Shown piece after piece: positions 11,690-27,200 of a DNA stretch of 64,000 nucleotides (position 1 is its first letter; each line of letters starts with the position of its first letter). Position numbers and translations under genes: made by a program. Location of the stretch: the NCBI RefSeq assembly GCF_964355755.1, contig NC_092677.1, positions 890,101-954,100 of the forward strand, read 5' to 3'. The DNA comes from Antedon mediterranea (lineage: Eukaryota; Animalia; Echinodermata). Below the pieces are notes generated by a model. It saw only the letters and a program-made list of their open reading frames with translations, ran no database searches and was not told the DNA's origin.

Positions 11690-11838
11690 AGATCCTGACA
11701 ATAACAAGGGGTTATCCGCCAAGTGCGGATAACCAAAAAAAAAAAGATCCTGACAATAACAAGAGGTTATCCGCCAAGTGCGGATAACCAAAAAGATCCT
11801 GACAATAACAAGGGGTTATCCGCCAAGTGCGGATAACC
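11690..11838. repeat. Stack of three Helentron right termini separated by A-runs
   Basis: gatcctgacaataacaag(g/a)ggttatccgccaagtgcggataacc three times, ending at 11734, 11789 and 11838. Confidence 0.93.
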
Positions 11839-11840
11839 AA

Positions 11841-14800
11841 CTAGATTTGAACTCGTCACTACGGACGAGTTAGGTTATCCGCAGCGCAAACGCCACGTGC
11901 ACGTCATACGTTAGAATAATGCGCGCAGAAAAACGATTATGCCATTGAAAAAATGTTAGTGCGCTCTCTCTTTTGCGTCACGTCAAAGTATATACGGTAT
12001 ACACTGTATTCCGTATACGTACTAGATACAGTGCAGAATAGGTGAAAATAAGGGACCCAAGTTATTGACGCTTTTGGACATGATGACGTCATCACAATTT
12101 AAAAAATGGTAGATTATGCGAAAGATAATTGATTGGCCTAGACAATATAACAAAATTGGGAGAAATGGAATACGGATAAGTGGAGATGCGCTCTATTAAA
12201 TTTGATGAGCTATGCGAAAGTGACAAAAATCCTATATTTTATATTCGAGTGGCCATACAATGACGTCGCAATGTCCGGTTAGCCATATCGATGCATGATT
12301 TGATATCTACAACTCATCTCCTTTCAGAATCTGAAATTTTAAAAATGTTCACCACGGAGTTTAGAATCTATGACTTTTTAAAGAAAGGCATAATTTTCAC
12401 AAATTTTTGAACTTTTTCATCAAAAACGAGCGCAAATTGTTCAATTCTACGTGCTCGTATGACGTGATTTTAAGTCGAAATTAATTGAAAATTGGTAAAT
12501 TTACTAAAAAAGGCTGAAAAAACAAAAATCAAGCAAAAAAAAGATGTTTTTGCGCTACGTGCGCACGCGCGCGTAAAAAAATGCGCAAGCGTGGGAATTT
12601 TTGAAATGCTCAAAATGACATGAAACGCGTAGAAAGTTGATTAGAAATGGATTTTTTGCAATTTGAAATTTTAAACGCGCGTGCGCGCGTAACTTTCTAC
12701 GTAACCTGCAATTTTTAATCCATAGAAAGTTTGCGCTTGATATGACTTAAATTTTCACAAAGTTTCAATTCAAAATGACTTTTGGTTTTTATTCTATGAT
12801 CAATCATTGAAATTCATAAAATCGCGCGTAACTTACGCTGCGCAACTCCAAATTCGTCCAAAAGCTTGGCTGCACATCTACAGCTATAGGTCAATCTTAT
12901 GACAAAGTTATACAATTTTATGTTGGCCAGAATTAGAGATACGCTGCGAACAAAATTCGTGGAAAGAAAGAAGAACATAGACTAGATTTGAACTCGTCAC
13001 TACGGACGAGTTAGGTTATCCGCAGTGCAAAGGCCACGTGCACGTCATACGTTAGAATATTGCGCGCAGAAAAACGATTAAGGCATTGCAACAATTTCAG
13101 TGCGCTCTCTATTTTTCGTCACGTCTGAGTATATACGGTATACACTATATACTGTATACGTACTACATACAGTGCAGAATAGGTGAAAATAAGTGACCAA
13201 AGTTATTGACGCTTTTGGACATGATGATGTCAACACAATTTAAAAAATGGTAGATTATGCGAAAGATAATTGATTGGCCTAGACAATATAACAAAATGGG
13301 GGGAAATGGAATACGGATAAGTGGAGATGCGCTCTATTAAATGTGATGAGCTATGCGAAAGAGACAAAAATCCTATATTTTATATTCGAGTGGCCATACG
13401 ATGACGTCACAATGTGCGGTTAGCCATATCGAAGCATGCTTTGATATCTATAACTCATCTACTTCCAGAATCTGAAATTTTAAAAATTTTCACCTCGGAG
13501 TTTAGAATCTATGACTTTTTAAAAAAAGGCATAATTTTCACGAATTTTTGAACTTTTTCATCAAAAACGCGCGCAAATTGTTCAATTCTACGTGCTTGTA
13601 TGACGTGATTTGAAGTCGAAATTGATTGAAAATTGGTAAATTTACTAGAAAAATCTGAAAAAACAAAAATCCAGCAAAAAAAAGAGGCTTCTGCGCTAAG
13701 TGCGCACGCGCGCGTAAAAAATTGCGCACGTGTGGGAATTTTTGAAATGCTCAAAATGACCTGAGACGCGTAGAAAGTTGATTAGAAATTGATTTTACGC
13801 ATTTTGAAATTTTAAACGCGCGTGCGCTCGTAACTTTATGTGAAACATGCCATTTTTAATCCATAGAAAGTTTGCGCATGATATGACTTAAATGTTCACC
13901 AAGTTTCAATACAAAATGACTTTTGGTTTTTAATCTATGATCAATCATTGAAATTCATAAAATCGCGCGTAACTTACGCTGCGCCACTCCAAAATTGTCC
14001 AAAATCTTGGCTGCACATCTACAGCTATAGCTCAATGTTATGAAAAATTTACACTATCTTATGGTAGCCAGAAGATAGAGATATGCTGCGGACAAAATTC
14101 GTGGAAAGAAAGAAGAATAAAGAAAAAAAAAACTAGATTTGAACTCGTCACTACGGACGAGTTAGGTTATCCGCAGCGCAAAAGCCACGTGCACGTCATA
14201 CGCTAGAATATTGCGCGCAGAAAAACGATTATGCCATTGAAAAAAATGTTAGTGCGCTCTCTATTTTGTGTCACGTCTGAGTATATACGGTATACACTAT
14301 ATACAGTATACGTACTACATACAGAGCTGAATAGGTGAAAATAAGGGACACAAGTAATTGACTCTTTTGGACATGATGACGTCATCACAATTTAAAAAAT
14401 GGTAGATTATGCAAAAGATAATTGATTTGCCTAGATAATATAACAAAATGGGGGGAAATGGAATATGGATAAGTGGAGATGCGCTCTATTAAATGTGATG
14501 AGCTATGCAAAAGAGACAAAAATCCTATATTTTATATTTGAGTGGCCATAAGATGACGTCACAATGTCCGGTTAGCCATATTGATGCATGATTTGATATC
14601 TACAACTCATCTACTTCGAGAATCTGAAATTTTAAAAATGTTCACCACGGAGTTTAGAATCTATGACTTTTTAAATAAAGGCATGATTTTCACGATTTTT
14701 TGAACTTTTTCATAAAAAACGCGCGCAAATTGTTCAATTCGACGTGCTTGTATGACGTAATTTTAAGTCGAAATTGATTGAAAATTGGTAAATTTACTAG

Positions 14801-17800
14801 AAAAGGCCGAAAAAACAAAAATCAGGCAAAAAAAAGATGTTTTTGCGCTACGTGCGCACGTGCGCGTAAAAATATTGCGCACACGTGGGAATTTTTGAAA
14901 TGCTCAAAATGACATGAAACGCGTAGAAAGTTGATTAGAAATTGATTTTTCGCATTTTGAAATTTTAAACGCGCATGCGCGCGTAACTTTTTGTAAAACA
15001 TGCAAATTTTAATCCATAGAAAGTTTGCGCATGATATGACTTAGATTTTCACTAAGTTTGAATACAAAATGACTTTTAGTTTTTAATCTATGATCAATAA
15101 TTGAAATTCATAAAATCACGCGTAACTTACGCTGCGCAACTTCAAAATTGTCCAAAAGCTTGGCTGCACATCTACAGCTACAGGTTAATCTTATGACAAA
15201 GTTATACAATCTTATGTTGCCCAGAATTAGAGATACGCTGCGAACAAAATTCGTGGAAAGAAAGAAGATTAAAGAAAAACTAGATTTGAACTCGTCACTA
15301 CGGACGAGTTAGGTTATCCGCAGCGCAAAGGCCACGCGCACGTCATACGTTAAAATATTGCGCGCAGAAAAACGATTAAGTCATTGAAACAATTTCAGTG
15401 TGCTCTCTATTTTTCGTCACGTCTGAGTATATACGGTATACACTATATACTGTATACGTACTACATACAGTGCAGAATAGGTGAAAGTAAGTGACCAAAG
15501 TTATTGACGCTTTTGAACATGATGACGTCATCACAATTTTGAAAATGGTGAATCGTGCGAAAGATAATTGATAGACCTAGACAACATAAAAAAATGGAGG
15601 GAAATGGAATACAAATAAGTGAAGATGCGCTATATTAAATGTGACGAGCTACGAGGAAAGAGACAAAAATCCTATATTTTATATTCGAGTGGCCATACGA
15701 TGACGTCACAATGTCCAGTTAGCCATATTGATGCATGATTTTATATCTGCAACTCATCTACTACCAGAATATGTAATTATAAAAAAGTTCACCACGTAGT
15801 TTAGAATCTATGACTGTTTAAAAAAAGGCATAATTTTGACAAATTTTTGAACTTTTTCATCAAAAATGCGCGTAAATTGTTTAATTCTACGTGCTCGTAT
15901 GACGTGATTTTAAGTCGAAATTGTTTGAAAGTTGGTAAATTTACTAAAAAATACAGGAAAAACAAAAATCAAGCCAAAAAATGATGTTTTTGCGCTACGT
16001 GCGCACGCGCGCGTAAAAAAAATGCGCACCCGTGGGAATTTTTGAAATGCTGAAAATGACATGAAACGCGTAGAAAGTTGATTAGAAATTTATTTTTCGC
16101 ATTTTGAAATTTCAAACGCGCGTGCGCGCGTAACATTTTGTGAAACATGCCATTTTTAATCCATAGAAAGTTTGCGCATAATATGACTTAAATTTTCACC
16201 AAGTTTCAATACAAAATGGCTTTTAGTTTTTATTCTATGATCAATCAGTGAAATTCATAAAATCGCGCGTAACTTACGCTGCGCGACACGAAATTCGAAA
16301 AAAAAAGTTTCTTGCACATCTACAGCTACAGGGCAATCTTTTGACAAAGTTATACAATCATATGTTGGCCAGAATTAGAGATACGCTGCGCACAAAAAAT
16401 GGGGGAGAAGGGTGTAAGGAAAGAAATAAATACTAGATTTGAACTCGTCACTACGGACGAGTTAGGTTATCCGCGGCGCAAAAGCCACGCGCATGACACC
16501 TAAGTTAGAATATTGCGCGCAGAAAAACGATTATACCATTGAAAAAATGTTAGTGAGCCCTCTATTTTGCGTCGCGTCTAAGTGTGCACGGTATACACTA
16601 TATACTGTATACGTACTACATAAAGTGCAGAATAGGTGAAAATAAGTGACCAAAGTTGTTGACGATTTTGCAAATGATGACGTTATAACAGTCTTAAAAA
16701 TTGTTAACCATGCGAAAGATAATTGATTGACCTAGACAATATAAAAAAATTGAGGGAAATGGAATACGGATAAGTAGAGATGCGCTCTATTAAATGTGAC
16801 CAGCTATGACGAAAGAGAAAAAACTCCTATATTTTATATTCGAGTGGCCATACGATGACGTCATAATGCTTGGTTAGCCATATTAATGCATGATTCGATA
16901 AAAACAACTCATCTACTTCCAGAATATGTAATTTAAAAAAAGTTCACCGCGTAGTTTAGAATTTATGACTGTTTAAAAAAAGGCATAATTTTGACGAATT
17001 TCTGAACTTTTTTTTAAAAATGCGCGCAAATTGTCAAATTTTAAGTGCTCGTATGAGGTGATATTAAGTCGAAATTGTATAAAAATTGGTAAAATTACTA
17101 GAAAATACTGGAAAAACAAAAATCAAGCAAAAAAAAATTGTTTTTGCGCTACGTGCGCACGCGCGCGTAAAAAAAGTGCGCATGCCTGGCAATTTTTGAA
17201 ATGCTCAAAATGACATGAAACGCGTAGAAAGTTGATTAGAAGTTGATTTTTTGCATTTTGAAATTTTAAACGTGCGTGCGCACGTAACTTTTAGCGCAAT
17301 CTGCCATTTTTAATCCATAGAAAGTTTGCGCTTGATATGACTTAAATTTTCACCAAGTTTCAATACAAAATGACTTTTGGTTTTTAATCTATGATCAATC
17401 ATTGAAATTCATAAAATTGCGCGTAACTTACGCTGCGCGACTCAAAATTCATAAAAAAAAGTTTCTTGCACATCTACAGCAACAGGGCAATATTTTTCCA
17501 AAGTTATACAATCATATGTTGGCCAGAATTAGAGATAGGCTGCGAACAAAATTCGTGGAAAGAAAGAAGAATAAAGAAAAAAAAAAAAAAAAAAAAAAAA
17601 GATCCTTACAATAACAAGGGGTTATCCGCCAAGTGCGGATAACCAACTAGATTTGAACTCGTCACTACGGACGAGTTAGGTTATCCGCAGTGCAAAAGCC
17701 ACGTGCACGTCATACGTTAGAATAGTGCGCGCAAAAAAATAAAACGATTATGGCATTGAAAAATGTTAGTGCGCTCTCTATGTTGTGTCGCGTCTAAGTA

Positions 17801-18796
17801 TATACGGTATAACACTATATACTGTATACGTACTACATACAGTGCAGAATAGGTGAAAATAAGTGACCAAAGTTATTGACGCATTTGAATATGATGACGT
17901 CATCACAATTTTTAAAATGGTGGATCATGCGAAAGGTAATTGATTGATCTAGACAATATAAAAAAATTGAGTGAAATGGAATAAGGATAAGTAGAGATGC
18001 GCTCTATTAAATTGACGAGCTATGACGAAAGAGAAAAAAATCCTATATTTTATATTCGGGTGGCCATACGATGACGTCACAATGTCTGGTTAGCCATATC
18101 AATGCATGATTCGAGAAAAACAACTCATCTACTTCCAGAATCTGAAATTTTAAATATTTTCACCTCGGAGTTTAGAATCTATGACTGTTTTAAAAAAGGC
18201 ATAATTTTGACGAATTATTGAACTTTTTCTTCAAAAACGCGCGCAAATTGTTCAATTCTACGTGCTCGTATGACGTGATTTTAAGTCGAAATTGATTGAA
18301 AATTGGTAAATGTACTAGAAAAGGCTGAAAAAACAAAAATCAAGCAAAAAAAAGATGTTTTTGCGCTACGTGCGCACGCGCGCGTAAAAAAATTGCGCAC
18401 GTGTGGGAATTTTTGAAATGCTCAAAATGACATGAAACGCATAGAAAGTTGATTAGAAATTGATTTTTCGCATTTTGAAATTTCAAACGCGCGTGCGCGC
18501 GTAACTTTTTGTGAAACATGCCATTTTTAATCCATAGAAAGTTTGCGCATGATCTCACTTAAATTTTCACAAAGTTTCAATACAAAACAACTTTTAGTTT
18601 TTATTCTATGATCAATCATTGAAATTCATAAAATCGCGCGTAACTTACGCTGCGCAACTCCAAAATCGTCCAAAAGCTTGGCTGCACATCTACAGCTATA
18701 GGTCAACCTTATGAAAAAGTTATACAATCTTATGTTGGCCACAAGATAGAGATGTGCTGCGAACAAAATTCGGGGAAAGAAAGAAGAATAACATAG

Positions 18797-18827
<31 letters not shown>

Positions 18828-21241
18828 TCCTGACAATAACAAGGGGTTATCCGCCAAGTGCGGATAACCAACTAGATTTGAACTCGTCACTACGGACGAG
18901 TTAGGTTATCCGCATCGCAAAACCCACGCGCATGACACCTAAGTTAGAATATTGCGCGCAGAAAAACGATTATGCCATTGAAAAAATGTTAGTGAGCCCT
19001 CTATTTTGTGTCGCGTCTAAGTGTTTACGGTATACACTATATACTGTATACGTACTACGTACAGTGCAGAATAGGTGAAAATAAGTGACCAAAGTTATTG
19101 ACGCATTTGAACATGATGACGTCATCACAATTTTAAATATGGTGAATCATGCGAAAGATAATTGATTGATCTAGACAATATAAAAAAATTGAGTGAAATG
19201 GAATACGGATAAGTGGAGATGCGCTCTATTAAATTTGACGAGCTATGACGAAAGTGAAAAAAATCCTATATTTCATATTTGAGGGGCCAAAGGATGACGT
19301 CACAATGTCCGGTTAGCCATATCAATGCATGATTCGAGAAAAACAACTACTCTACTTCCAGAATATGTAATTTTAAAAAAGTTCACCACGTAGTTTAGAA
19401 TTTATGACTGTTTAAAAAAAGGTCTAATTTTGACAATTTTTTGAAGTTTTTCATCAAAAACACGCGCAAATTATCCAATTCTACGTGCTCGTGTGACGTG
19501 ATTTTAAGTCGAAATTGATTGAAAATTCATAAATTTACTAGAAAAGGCTGAAAAAACAAAAATCAAGCCAAAAAAAGATGTTTTTGCGCTACGTGCGCAC
19601 GCGCGCGTAAAAAAATTGCGCACGAGTGGGAATTTTTGAAATGCTCAAAATGACCTGAAACGCATAGAAAGTTGATTAGAAACGGATTTTTCGCAATTTG
19701 TAATTTTAAACGCGCATGCGCGCGTAACTTTTTGTGCAACCTGCCATTTTTAATCCATAGAAAGTTTGCACCTAATATAACTTAAATTTTCACCAAGTTT
19801 CAATACAAAATGACTTTTGGTTTTTAATCTATGATCAATCATTGAAATTCATAAAATCGCGCGTAACTTACGCTGCGCGACTCAAAATTCATAAAAAAAA
19901 GTTTCATGCACATCTACAGCTACAGGGCAATCTTATGACAAAGTTACACAATCTTATGTTAGCCAGAAGATAGAGATATGCTGCGAACAAAAATCGTGGA
20001 AAGAAAGAAGAAAATAGAAAAAAAAAGAGAAAAATAAAAAAAAAAAAAAAGATCCTGACAATAACAAGGGGTTATCCGCCAAGTGCGGATAACCAACTAG
20101 ATTTGAACTCGTCACTACGGACGAGTTAGGTTATCCGCAGCGCAAAATCCACGTGCACGTCGTACGTTAGAATATTGCGCGCAGATAAACGATGATGCCA
20201 TTGAAACAATTTTAGTTTTCTCTCTATTTTGCGTCACGTCTAAGTATATACGGTATACACTATATTATACTCTATACGTACTACATACAGTGCAGAATAG
20301 GTGAAAGTTAGTGACCAAAGTTATTGACGCTTTTGGACATGATGACGTCATCACAATTTTTAAACTAATGAATCATGCGAAAGATAATTGATTGACTTAG
20401 ACAATATAAAGAAATGGAGGGCAATGGAATACGGATAAGTGGAGATGCGCTCTATTAAATGTGATGAGCTATACGAAAGAGAAAAAAATCCTATATTTTA
20501 TATTTGAGTGGCCATACGATGACGTCACAATGTACAGTTAGCTATATTGATGCATGATTCGATATCTACAACTCATCTACTTCCACAATATGTAATTTAA
20601 AAAAAGTTCACCACGTAGTTTAGAATCTATGACTTTTTAAAAAAAGGCATAATTTTCACAAATTTTTGAACTTTTCATCAAAAACGCGCGCAAATTGTTC
20701 AATTCTACGTGCTCGTATGACGTGATTTTAAGTCAAAATCCATTGAAAATTGGTAAATTTACTAGAAAAGGCTGAAAAAACAAAAATTAAGCAAAAAAAA
20801 TATGTTTTTGCGCTAAATGCGCACGCGCGCGTAAAAAAATTGCGCACGCGTGGGAATTTTTGAAATGCTCAAAATGACCTGAAACGCGTAGAAAGTTGAT
20901 TAGAAATTGATTTTACGCATTTTGAAATTTTAAACGCGCGGGCGCGCATAACTTTCTGTCAAACATGCAATTTTTAATCCATAGAAAGTTGGAGAATATT
21001 ATGACTTAAATTTTCACCAAGTTTCAATACAAAATGACTTTTAGTTTTTATTCAAAGATCAATCATTGAAATTCATAAAATCGCGCGTAACTTACGCTGC
21101 GCGACTCGAAATTCGAAAAAAAAAATGTCATGCACATCTACATCTACAGGCCAATCTTATAACAAAGAATATAGAATCATATGTTGGCTAGAATTAGAGA
21201 TACGCTGCGAACAAAATTCGTGGAAAGAAAGAAGAATAAAG

Positions 21242-21282
<41 letters not shown>

Positions 21283-24200
21283 TCCTGACAATAACAAGGG
21301 GTTATCCGCCAAGTGCGGATAACCAACTAGATTTGAACTCGTCACTACGGACGAGTTAGGTTATCCGCAGCGCAAAAGCCACGTGCACGTCGTACGTTAG
21401 AATATTGCGCGCAGATAAACGATGATGCCATTGAAACAATTTCAGTTTTCTCTCTATTTTGCGTCACGTCTAAGTATATACGGTATACACTATATTATAC
21501 TCTATACGTACTACATACAGTGCAGAATAGGTGAAAATAAGTGACCAAAGTTATTGACGCTTTTGGACATGATGACGTCATCACAATTTTTAAACTAATG
21601 AATCATGCGAAAGATAATTGATTGACTTAGACAATATAAAGAAATGGAGGGCAATGGAATACGGATAAGTGGAGATGCGCTCTATTAAATGTGATGAGCT
21701 ATACGAAAGAGAAAAAAATCCTATATTTTATATTTGAGTGGCCATACGATGACGTCACAATGTCCAGTTAGCTATATTGATGCATGATTCGATATCTACA
21801 ACTCATCTACTTCCACAATATGTAATTTAAAAAAAGTTCACCACGTAGTTTAGAATCTATGACTTTTTAAAAAAAGGCATAATTTTCACGAATTTTTGAA
21901 CTTTTTCATCAAAAACGCGCGCAAATTGTTCAATTCTACGTGCTCGTATGACGTGATTTTAAGTCAAAATCCATTGAAAATTGGTAAATTTACTAGAAAA
22001 GGCTGAAAAAACAAAAGCCAAGCAAAAAAAATATGTTTTTGCGCTACGTGCGCACGCGCGCGTAAAAAAATGCGCGCTGGTGGGAATTTTTGAAATGCTC
22101 AAAATGACCTGAAACGCGTAGAAAGTTGATTAGAAATTGATTTTTCGCGACTTGAAATTTTAAACGCGCGTGCGCGCGTAATTTTTGCGCAACCTGCCAT
22201 TTTTAATCTACAGAAAGTTTGCGCTTTATATGACTTATATTTTCACCAAGTTTCAATACAAAATGACTTTTGGTTTTTAATCTATGATCAATAATTGAAA
22301 TTCATAAAATCGCGCGTAACTAACGCTGCGCGACTCGAAATTTGAAAAAAAAAGTTTCTTGCACATCTACAGATATAGGGCAATCTTTTGACAAAGTTAT
22401 ACAATCTTCTGTTGGCTAGAATTAGAGATACGCTGCCCACAAAAAATGGGAGAGAAGTGTGGAAAGAAAGAAATAAATACTAGATTTGAACTCGTCACTA
22501 CGGACGAGTTAGGTTATCCGCAGCGCAAAAGCCACGTGCACGTCATACGTTAGAATATTGAGCGCAAAAAAAAAAACGATTATGGCATTGAAAAATGTTA
22601 GTGCGCTCTCTATTTTGCGTCGCGTCTAAGTATATACGGTATAACACTATATACTGTATACGTACTACATACAGTGCAGAATAGGTGAAAATAAGTGACC
22701 AAAGTTATTGACGCATTTGAACATGATGACGTCATCACAATTTTTAAAATCGTGGATCATGCGAAAGATAATTGATTGATCTAGACAATATAAAAAAATT
22801 GAGTGAAATGGAATAAGGATAAGTAGAGATGCGCTCTATTAAATTGACGAGCTATGACGAAAGAGAAAAAAATCCTATATTTTATATTCGGGTGGCCATA
22901 CGATGACGTCACAATGTCCGGTTAGCCATATCAATGCATGATTCGAGAAAAACAACTCATCTACTTCCAGAATATGTAATTTTAAAAAAGTTCACCACGT
23001 AGTTTAGAATTTATGACTGTTTAAAAAAAGGTCTAATTTTGACGATTTTTTGAAGTTTTTCATCAAAAACACGCGCAAATTATCCAATTCTACGTGCTCG
23101 TGTGACGTGATTTTAAGTCTAAATTGATTGAAAATTTATAAATTTACTAGAAAAGGCTGAAAAAACAAAAATCAAGCAAAAAAAAGATGTTTTTGCGCTA
23201 TGTGCGCACGCGCGCGTAAAAAATTTGCGCACGCGTGGGAATTTTTGAAATGCTCAAAATGACATGAAATGCATAGAAAGTTGATTAGAAATTGATTTTT
23301 CGCATTTTGAAATTTTAAACGCGCGTGCGCGCGTAACTTTTTGCAAAACATGCCATTTTTAATCCATAGAAAGTTTGCGCATGATATGACTTAAATTTTC
23401 ACCAAGTTTCAATACAAAATGACTTTTGGTTTTTAATCTATGATCAATCATTGAAATTCATAAAATCGCGCGTAACTTACGCTGCGCAACTCCGAAATCG
23501 TCCAAAAGCTTGGCTGCACATCTACAGCTATAGGTCAATCTTATGACAAAGTTATACAATCTTATGTTGGCCAGAATTAGAGATATGCGACCAACAAAAT
23601 TCGTGGAAAGAAAGAAGAACATAGAAAAAAAAAAAAAAAAAAAAAAAAGATCCTGACAATAACAAGGGGTTATCCGCCAAGTGCGGATAACCAACTAGAT
23701 TTGAACTCGTCACTACGGACGAGTTAGGTTATCCGCAGAGCAAACGCCACGTGCACGTCATACGTTAGAATATTGTGCAGAGAAAACCATTATGCCATTG
23801 AAAAAATGTTAGTGCGCTCTCTATTTTACGTCACGCCTAAGTATACACAGTATACACTATACATTGTATACGTACTACATACAGTGAAGAATATGTGAAA
23901 ATAAGTGGCCCAAGTTATTGGCGCTTTTGGACATGATGACGTCATCACAATTTTAAAAACGGTATATCATGCAAAAGATAATTGATTGGCATAGACAATA
24001 TAAAAAAATGGGGGAAAATGGAATTCGGATAAGTGGAGATGCGCTCTATTAAATGTGATGAGCTATGACGAAAGAGACAAAAATCCTATATTTTATATTC
24101 GAGTGGCCATACGATGACGTCACTATGTCCTGTTAGCCATATCGATGCATGATTCGATATCTACAACTCATCAACTTCCAGAATGTGTAATTTAAAAAAA

Positions 24201-27200
24201 GTTCACCTCGTAGTTTACAATCTATGACTGTTTTAAAAAAGGCATAATTTTGACAAATTTTTGAACTTTTTCTTCAAAAACGCGCGCAAATTGTTCAATT
24301 CTACGTGCTTGTATGACGTGATTTTAAGTCGAAATTGATTGAAAGTTGGTAAATTTACTAGAAAAGGCTGAAAAAACAAAAATCAAGCAAAAAAAAGATG
24401 TTTTTGCGCTACGTGCGCACGCGCGCGTAAAAAAAATGCGCACGCCTGGGAATTTTTGAAATGCTCAAAATGCCCTGAAACGCGTAGAAAGTTGATTAGA
24501 AATGAATATTTCGCAATTTGAAATTTTAAACGCGCGTGCTCGCGTAACTTTATGTCAAACATGCCATTTTTAATCCATAGAAAGTTTGCGCATGATATAA
24601 CTTAAATTTTCACGAAGTTTCAATAGAAAATGACTTTTGGTTTTCAATCTATGATCAATCATTGAAATTCATAAAATCGCGCGTAACTTGCGCTGCGCGA
24701 CTCCAAATTCATAAAAAAAAGTTTCTTGCACATCTACAGCTACAGGGCAATCTTATGACAAAGTTATAGAATCTTATGTTGACTAGAATTAGAGATACGC
24801 TGCGAACAAAAATCGTGGAAAGAAAGAAGAAAATAGAAAAAAAAAGAGAAAAAAAATAAAAAAAATAAAAAAGATCCTGACAATAACAAGGGGTTATCCG
24901 CCAAGTGCGGATAACCAACTAGATTTGAACTCGTCACTACGGACGAGTTAGGTTATCCGCAGAGCAAAAGCCACGTGCACGTCATACGTTAGAATATTGC
25001 GCAGAGAAAAACATTATGCCATTGAAAAAATGTTAGTGCGCTCTCTATTTTACGTCACGTCTAAGTATACACAGTATACACTATATATTGTATACGTACT
25101 ACATACAGTGAAGAATATGTGAAAATAAGTGGCCCAAGTTATTGACGCTTTTGGACATGATGACGTCATCACAATTTTAAAAACGGTATATCATGCGAAA
25201 GATAATTGATTGGCATAGACAATATAAAAAAATGGGGGGAAATGGAATTGGGATAAGTGGAGATGCGCTCTATTAAATGTGATGAGCTATGACAAAAGAG
25301 ACAAAAATCCTATATTTTATATTTGAGTGGCCATACGATGACGTCACTATGTCCTGTTAGCCATATCGATGCATGATTCGATATCTAAAACTAATCAACT
25401 TCCAGAATATGTAATTTTAAAAAAGTTCACCACGTAGTTTACAATCTATGACTGTTTTAAAAAAGGCATAATTTTGACAAATTTTTGACCTTTTTCATCA
25501 AAAACGCGCGCAAATTGTTCAATTCTACGTGCTCGTATGACGTGATTTTAATTCAAAATTGATTGAAAATTGGTAAATTTACTAGAAAAAGCTGAAAAAA
25601 CAAAAATCAAGCAAAAAAAAAATGTTTTTGCGCTAAGTGCGCACGCGCGCGTAAAAAAACTGCGCATGCGTGGGAATTTTTGAAATGTTCAAAATGACCT
25701 GAAACGCGTAGAAAGTTGATTAGAAATTGATTTTACGCATTTTGAAATTTTAAACGCGCGTGCGCGCGTAATTTTTTGTGAAACATGCCATTTTTAATCC
25801 ATAAAAAGTTTGCGCTTAATATGACTTAAATTTTCACTAAGTTTCAAAACAAAATGACTTATAGTTTTTAATCTATGATCAATCATTGAAATTCATAAAA
25901 TCGCACTTAACTTACGCTGCGCGACTCTAAAGTCAAAAAACGAAACGTCCTGCACATCTACCGCTACAGGTCAATATTATGACAAAGTTACACAATCTTA
26001 TGTTGGCCAGAATTAGAGATATGCGACCAACAAAATTCGTGGAAAGAAAGAAGAAAATAGAAAAAAAAAGAGAAAAAAAATAAAAAAAAAAAGATCCTGA
26101 CAATAACAAGGGGTTATCCGCCAAGAGCGGATAACCAACTAGATTTGAACTCGTCACTACGGACGAGTTAGGTTATCCGCAGCGCAAAAGCCACGTGCAC
26201 GTCGTACGTTAGAATATTGCGCGCAGAAAAACGATTATGCCATTGAAAAAAATGTTAGTGCGCTCTCTATTTTGTGTCACGTCAAAGTATATACGGTATA
26301 CACTATATTCTGTATACGTACTACATACAGTGCAGAATAGGTGAAAATAAGGGACCAAAGTTATTGACGCTTTTGGACATGATGACGTCATCATAATTTA
26401 AAAAATGGTAGATTATGCGAAAGATAATTGATTGGCCTAGACAATAATAACAAAATTGAAGGAAATGGAATACGGATAAGTGGAGATGCGCTCTATTAAA
26501 TGTGACGAGCTATGACGAAAGAGACAAAAATCCTATATTTCATATTCGAGTGGCCAAACGATGACGTCACAATGTCCGGTTAGCCATATCGATGCATGAT
26601 TCTATATCTACAACTCATCAACTTCCAGAATGTGTAATTTAAAAAAAGTTCACCTCGTAGTTTACAATCTATGACTGTTTTAAAAAAGGCATAATTTTGA
26701 GGAATTTTTGAACTTTTTCTTCAAAAACGCGCGCAAATTGTTCAATTCTACGTGCTCGTATGACGTGATTTTATGTCGAAATTGATTAAAAATTGGTAGA
26801 ATTACTAGAAAAGGCTGAAAAAACAAAAATCAAGCAAAAAAAAGATGTTTTTGCGCTAATTGCGCACGCGCGCGTAAAAAAATTGCGCACGCGTGGGAAT
26901 TTTTTAAATGTTCAAAATGACCTGAAACGCGTAGAAAGTTGATTAGAAATTGATTTTACGCATTTTGAAATTTTGAACGCGCGTGCGCGCGTAACTTTCT
27001 GTCAAACATGCCATTTTTAATCCATAGAAAGTTTTAGCATGTTATGACTTAAATTTTCACCAAGTTTCAATACAAAATGACTTTTAGTTTTTAATCTATG
27101 ATCAATCATTGAAATTCATAAAATCGCGCGTAACTTACGCTGCGCAACTCCGAAATCGTCGAAAAGCTTCGCTGCACATCTACAGCTATAGGTCAATCTT

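Larger units (their letters stand above)
1..11734 (+). mobile_element. Autonomous Helentron (Helitron-like rolling-circle transposon), copy 1, left part outside the window
   Basis: Near-identical to 42970-54703 (offset 42,969). Carries the Rep-helicase-endonuclease ORF and ends in the palindrome GGTTATCCGC-CAAGT-GCGGATAACC at 11710-11734. Confidence 0.93.

Noticed and set aside
11690-11838. Short palindromic direct repeats resembling a CRISPR array (also 54659-54882)
   Set aside because: Spacers are only A-runs, the repeats are the transposon's right terminus, there are no cas genes and the context is eukaryotic.
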